Source: Rhodothalassiaceae bacterium (GTDB lineage: Bacteria > Pseudomonadota > Alphaproteobacteria > Sphingomonadales > Rhodothalassiaceae). Taken from it: DNA of 32,000 nt. The translations under genes were made by a program, and so were the position numbers. Under the pieces are notes generated by a model. The model did no database searches. It was not told where the DNA came from and saw only the letters and a list, made by a program, of their open reading frames with translations. The stretch's first letter is position 1, and the number at the start of each line of letters is the position of its first letter. Shown here piece after piece: positions 28,443 through 32,000 of this stretch. The stretch is from the NCBI GenBank assembly GCA_026004935.1, contig BPKC01000001.1:1123491-1155490 (forward strand), written 5' to 3'.

Positions 28443-29390
28443 CTACTTCACGTATTCGAGGCCGAGCATCTGATAGTGGCTGCGGTCGTCCTGCCAGTGG
28501 GGCGAGACCTTGACGAACAGGAACAGGTGCACCGGCCGGCCGAAGATCTCGCACATCTCCTGGCGTGCCGCCTGACCGATGGCCTTGAGCATCCGCCCGC
28601 CGCGGCCGATCACGATCTTCTTCTGCGATTCGCGGGCCACGTGGATCACCTGATGGATGACGATGTGGCCGTTCGGCTGCTCCTCGAAACTCTCGGTCTC
28701 CACCGCGATCTCGTAGGGCAGCTCCTGATGCAGTCTCAGATAGATCTTCTCGCGCGTGATCTCCGCCGCCATGACGCGGTTCGTCACGTCCGTGATCTGG
28801 TCCGGCGGATAGAGGAAGGGGCCGGGTGGCAGGCTCTCGGCCAGGTAATCCTTGAGATCGATGAGGCCGTCGCCGGTGACGGCCGAGATCATGAAGATGC
28901 GCTTGAACAGCCCCGTCTCGTCGAGGCGCTTCGCCTGTTCCAGCAGCACGGGCTTTTTCACGAGGTCGATCTTGTTGAGGGCCGCGATCACCGGCCGGTC
29001 GAGCTGCTTGAGGCCGTCGAGAATCAGCGTCACCTCCTCGTCATCGAGCCCGCGGGCGGCATCGATCACGAGCACGATCTCGTCCGCCTCCCGGGCGCCG
29101 GCCCAGGCGGCCTCGACCATCGCGCGGTCGAGGCGCTTGCGCGGGGTGAAGATGCCCGGCGTGTCGACGAAGATGAGCTGGGCGTTGCCGTGCATCGCGA
29201 TCCCGCGCAGACGCATTCGGGTCGTCTGCACCTTCGGGGTGACGATCGCCACCTTCTCGCCGACCAGCGCATTGAGCAGGGTCGACTTGCCGGCGTTCGG
29301 GGCGCCGATGAGCGCGACGAACCCCGCCCGCGTGTCCGGGCCCGGTGCGGGACCCGCCGCCTTCTCTCCGTTCCCGCCCGCCGCTCTCAT
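28443..29390 (-). CDS. era: GTPase Era (315 aa)
   Basis: ALIGAPNAGKSTLLNALVGEKVAIVTPKVQTTRMRLRGI, DTPGIF, NKIDLVKK, KH domain ESQKKIVIGRGGRMLKAIGQAARQEMCEIFGRPVHLFLFVKV; start placed at ATG complementary to 29388-29390, overlapping the rnc 3' end. Confidence 0.96.
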   Translation of the reverse strand: MRAAGGNGEKAAGPAPGPDTRAGFVALIGAPNAGKSTLLNALVGEKVAIVTPKVQTTRMRLRGIAMHGNAQLIFVDTPGIFTPRKRLDRAMVEAAWAGAREADEIVLVIDAARGLDDEEVTLILDGLKQLDRPVIAALNKIDLVKKPVLLEQAKRLDETGLFKRIFMISAVTGDGLIDLKDYLAESLPPGPFLYPPDQITDVTNRVMAAEITREKIYLRLHQELPYEIAVETESFEEQPNGHIVIHQVIHVARESQKKIVIGRGGRMLKAIGQAARQEMCEIFGRPVHLFLFVKVSPHWQDDRSHYQMLGLEYVK

Positions 29391-30181
29391 GTCTTCCTCT
29401 TCCGCTTCCGGGACGCCCGCCCGCGGGTGCCGGAGCGGCCGGCTCCGGCCTCTTCCTCCTGCACCCGCGCGAGAAGCCGCCGGGCGGCCTCCTGCTCGGC
29501 CGCGCGCTTGGAGCCGGCCTCGCCGCGCGCCACGCCCCGGCCGGCAAGCCGGGCCTCGACCACGAAGCGGGGCGCGTGATCCGGACCCGACTGCTCGATG
29601 AGCACATATTCCGGCGGCGCGATGCGCCGGGCGTGGGCCCATTCCTGAAGGGCGGATTTGGGATCGCGCAGCAGGGCCGCGTTCTGGTCGATCCGGCCCT
29701 TCCAGTGGCGGCGCACGAAGCGGCTTGCCGTCTTCAGCCCGCCGTCCAGGTAGAGCGCCGCAACCAGCGCCTCCATCACGTCGGCCAGCACGTTCGGCAG
29801 ATGCTGCACCCCGGCCTCGCGTGCGCTCTGCGCGACGCGGATGAGCGCGCCGAGCCCCAGCTCCTCGCCGATCTCGGCCAGCGTTTCCTTGCGCACCAGC
29901 GCAGTGAGCCGGCGATTGAGCGCGCCCTCGCTCTCTTCCGGAAACCGCTCATAGAGCCAGCGCGCGATGACGAGGCCGAGCACGCGGTCGCCCAGGAACT
30001 CCAGGCGTTCGTAGTGGTCCGCGCCCTCGCAGCTCGGATGCGTGAGGGCCGCGCGCGCGAGCGCCGGGTCGCGAAAGCGATGGCCCGTCAGCTTCGCCAC
30101 CGCGGTAATAAACGGCTCGTCCGCACCGGCCTTTGCGTGCGGCGCGCCGCGCCTTTCCGTCGCCGGGGTCCGGGCGGGCAT
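29387..30181 (-). CDS. rnc: Ribonuclease III (264 aa)
   Basis: HYERLEFLGDRVLGLVIARWLYERFP signature, DVMEALVAALYLDGG, C-terminal dsRBD (DPKSALQEWAHARRIAPPEYVL...GSKRAAEQEAARRLL). Confidence 0.97.
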   Translation of the reverse strand: MPARTPATERRGAPHAKAGADEPFITAVAKLTGHRFRDPALARAALTHPSCEGADHYERLEFLGDRVLGLVIARWLYERFPEESEGALNRRLTALVRKETLAEIGEELGLGALIRVAQSAREAGVQHLPNVLADVMEALVAALYLDGGLKTASRFVRRHWKGRIDQNAALLRDPKSALQEWAHARRIAPPEYVLIEQSGPDHAPRFVVEARLAGRGVARGEAGSKRAAEQEAARRLLARVQEEEAGAGRSGTRGRASRKRKRKT

Positions 30182-31075
30182 CTAGGACGCCGCCGCCGGC
30201 CGGGTCCTGCCGGGCATTTCGTCGGCGGCGCGTGCGGGGCGCAGGCTGGTCAGCAGCCGGTTCCAGCGGATCGCGGTGAACCAGCTCACCGGGTTCCACC
30301 AGCGCGCGCTGCCGTCGGTGGAAAAGATGATGAACTCGGCCCGGCCCACGAGATTCTCCGCCGGCACGAAACCGACGCCGATGGAGCGCGGCCGCCGGCT
30401 GTCCGCCGAATTGTCGCGGTTGTCGCCCATCATGAAGTAGTGGCCGGGCGGCACGGTGAAGACGCGGGTGTTGTCGCCTGGGCCCTGGGGCTCGAGGTCG
30501 AGCGTCATGTAGCTGACGCCATTGGGCAGCGTCTCACGGTACTGCGGATAGCGGCACCAGCGGCGGCCCTGGCTGTCCTCCTCCTGCATGAACTGCGGAC
30601 AGCGGTTGTAGGGGCTGACGCGCACCCTGAAATCCGCGACATGCTCGCGTCTGACCGGCTCGCCGTTGATGAAGAGCTGGCCGCCGATCATCTGGATGCG
30701 GTCGCCCGGCAGGCCGATCACCCGCTTGATGTAGTCGGTGCGGCCGTCGCGCGGCAGCTTGAAGACGACGACATCTCCGCGCTCCGGGGCCCTCCCGAAG
30801 ATGCGGCCCTCGAACAGCGGCGGGCTGAAGGGAAAGGAATGGCGCGAGTAGCCGTAGGAATACTTGCTGACCGCCAGATAGTCGCCGATCATCAGCGTCG
30901 GCAGCATGGACTCGGAGGGGATGTTGAAGAGCTCGACGAGGAAGCTGCGGATCCCGACCGACGCGATCACGGCGATGACGAGAACGGTCACGAGCTCGCG
31001 CAGCCAGTGGCCGAGCCCGGTGCCCTCGGCCGCCGCCTCGCCTTCGCCGGTCCGCGCTTGGCTTCGTTCCCGCAT
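30182..31075 (-). CDS. lepB: Signal peptidase I (297 aa)
   Basis: TM segment LVTVLVIAVIASVGIRSFLVELFNIPSESMLPTLMIGDYLAVSKYSYG (Ser motif), DYIKRVIGLPGDRI (Lys motif), YFMMGDNRDNSADSR; start at internal ATG of ORF 30182..31549. Confidence 0.95.
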   Translation of the reverse strand: MRERSQARTGEGEAAAEGTGLGHWLRELVTVLVIAVIASVGIRSFLVELFNIPSESMLPTLMIGDYLAVSKYSYGYSRHSFPFSPPLFEGRIFGRAPERGDVVVFKLPRDGRTDYIKRVIGLPGDRIQMIGGQLFINGEPVRREHVADFRVRVSPYNRCPQFMQEEDSQGRRWCRYPQYRETLPNGVSYMTLDLEPQGPGDNTRVFTVPPGHYFMMGDNRDNSADSRRPRSIGVGFVPAENLVGRAEFIIFSTDGSARWWNPVSWFTAIRWNRLLTSLRPARAADEMPGRTRPAAAS

Positions 31076-31227
31076 CGTCTCGCCCCTGAAGGCCGCACAC
31101 TGACGCCCGCCTGCGGGGTCTTTCCCGCACCGGCCCTCAGGCTTTAGGCAGGATCGGCCGGCAACTTCAAGACCCGCCGCTTCCGGCATCGCGGCCGCCT
31201 GCCGCGGGAGGGCCGCATGAGAGCCCT

Positions 31228-31255
31228 TGATTTTTGCCCGCCGCCCCCATAGGGT
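31228..31255 (+). promoter_or_regulatory. Candidate promoter for rpmF
   Basis: TTGATT (31228-31233), 16-nt spacer, TAGGGT (31250-31255), ~80 nt upstream of rpmF start; local T-rich patch in GC-rich sequence. Confidence 0.35.
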
Positions 31256-31334
31256 CCCGCCGCGATTCGCGCCGGCCGGCGGCATGCCGGCAGGGCGCTG
31301 GAATTCATAGCAGAACGAGACAGGACGCGTTCCG

Positions 31335-31517
31335 ATGGCGGTACCGAAAAAGAAAGTGTCGCGCATGCGGCGCAACAACCGGCGCAGCCACCATGCGCTC
31401 AAGCCCATCAATGTCGCCGAGGATCCCCATACCGGCGAATTCGTCCGCCGGCACCACGTCGATCTGAAGACGGGGATGTATCGCGGCCGCCAGGTGATCG
31501 AGCCCAAGGGCAGCTGA
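31335..31517 (+). CDS. rpmF: 50S ribosomal protein L32 (60 aa)
   Basis: [60 protein letters not shown]. Confidence 0.97.
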   Translation: MAVPKKKVSRMRRNNRRSHHALKPINVAEDPHTGEFVRRHHVDLKTGMYRGRQVIEPKGS

Positions 31518-31626
31518 TCGCCGCGCGCGCATCGCTCCCGAGGCAGCATGGTTCGCGCATGTCGCCGCCCGTTCCGATGAGCGGGCGGTTTGCGCGTGAA
31601 TGCTTCGGCCTCGGAGAGACGGCAGG

Positions 31627-31713
31627 TGGTGCCCCCGGTCCGACTCGAACGGACACGGCCTTGCGGCCACCAGATTTTGAGTCTGGCGCGTCTACCAGTT
31701 CCGCCACGGGGGC
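31627..31713 (-). tRNA. tRNA-Leu, anticodon CAA (87 nt including encoded CCA)
   Basis: Reverse complement GCCCCCGTGGCGGAACTGGTAGACGCGCCAGACTCAAAATCTGG...CCGTTCGAGTCGGACCGGGGGCACCA: 7-bp acceptor stem GCCCCCG/CGGGGGC, anticodon stem CCAGA/TCTGG with loop CTCAAAA, variable arm typical of type II tRNA, TTCGAGT T-loop. Confidence 0.95.
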
Positions 31714-31856
31714 AGGGGCGACGGCCTCGCCATAGGCGATGCGCCGGGAATCCGTCAAGCGGGCGGGCCGTCGGTGCCGCCTCTTGCCTGGCGCGCCATC
31801 CTCGGCCACAAGCGCGGGGCGATCGGGTTCCGCGCAGGGCGGAAGGAAGGGCTCGC

Positions 31857-32000
31857 GTGCTGCGCCGGCTTTACGACTGGACGATGACGAAGGCGGCGAG
31901 TCCGCATGCGCCCATGTGGCTCGCCTTCGTTTCCTTTCTCGAATCCAGCGTCTTTCCCATACCGCCCGACGTCATGCTGCTGCCGATGGGGCTCGCCCGG
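31857..32000 (+). CDS. N-terminal part of a YqaA/DedA (SNARE-associated)-like inner-membrane protein, truncated by window end
   Basis: GTG-started open frame to the window end: (V)LRRLYDWTMTKAASPHAPMWLAFVSFLESSVFPIPPDVMLLPMGLAR; the FVSFxESSxFPIPPDVxLxPM pattern resembles the YqaA subfamily. Not in the supplied ORF track because it is truncated. Confidence 0.75.
   Translation, partial: MLRRLYDWTMTKAASPHAPMWLAFVSFLESSVFPIPPDVMLLPMGLAR

Noticed and set aside
28476-29579. 367-aa and neighbouring plus-strand ORFs (28476-31147) opposite era/rnc/lepB
   Set aside because: Shadow ORFs opposite well-supported minus-strand genes with complete catalytic motifs.
31076-31549. 158-residue N-terminal extension of the lepB ORF
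   Set aside because: It would run antisense through the well-supported rpmF gene; a canonical signal peptidase I N-terminus with TM segment begins at the ATG complementary to 31073-31075.

Overview
The window is a high-GC bacterial chromosomal segment, most likely Alphaproteobacteria (inferred from gene content and order, not proven). It is dominated by the transcription/translation gene super-cluster on the + strand: rpoB (3' part) - rpoC - rpsL - rpsG - fusA - tuf - rpsJ - rplC - rplD - rplW - rplB - rpsS - rplV - rpsC - rplP - rpmC - rpsQ - rplN - rplX - rplE - rpsN - rpsH - rplF - rplR - rpsE - rpmD - rplO - secY - adk - rpsM - rpsK - rpoA - rplQ. This is followed by an HtrA/Deg-family periplasmic protease and rarA (+), then lepB - rnc - era on the - strand, rpmF (+), a tRNA-Leu(CAA) on the - strand and the 5' end of a YqaA/DedA-like membrane protein gene. 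I see no mobile element, CRISPR array, toxin/defence cassette or other accessory system. I did not find a previously undescribed biological system. The items most worth a second look are: an abrupt change in synonymous codon style inside tuf (possible gene-conversion mosaic); a consensus-like promoter with an unusually long (~540 nt) leader before rpsL; strong intergenic hairpins, including two inside the ribosomal-protein cluster; and the absence of space for several E. coli-type ribosomal-protein autoregulatory leaders. The many long antisense ORFs in the track look like high-GC shadow ORFs.
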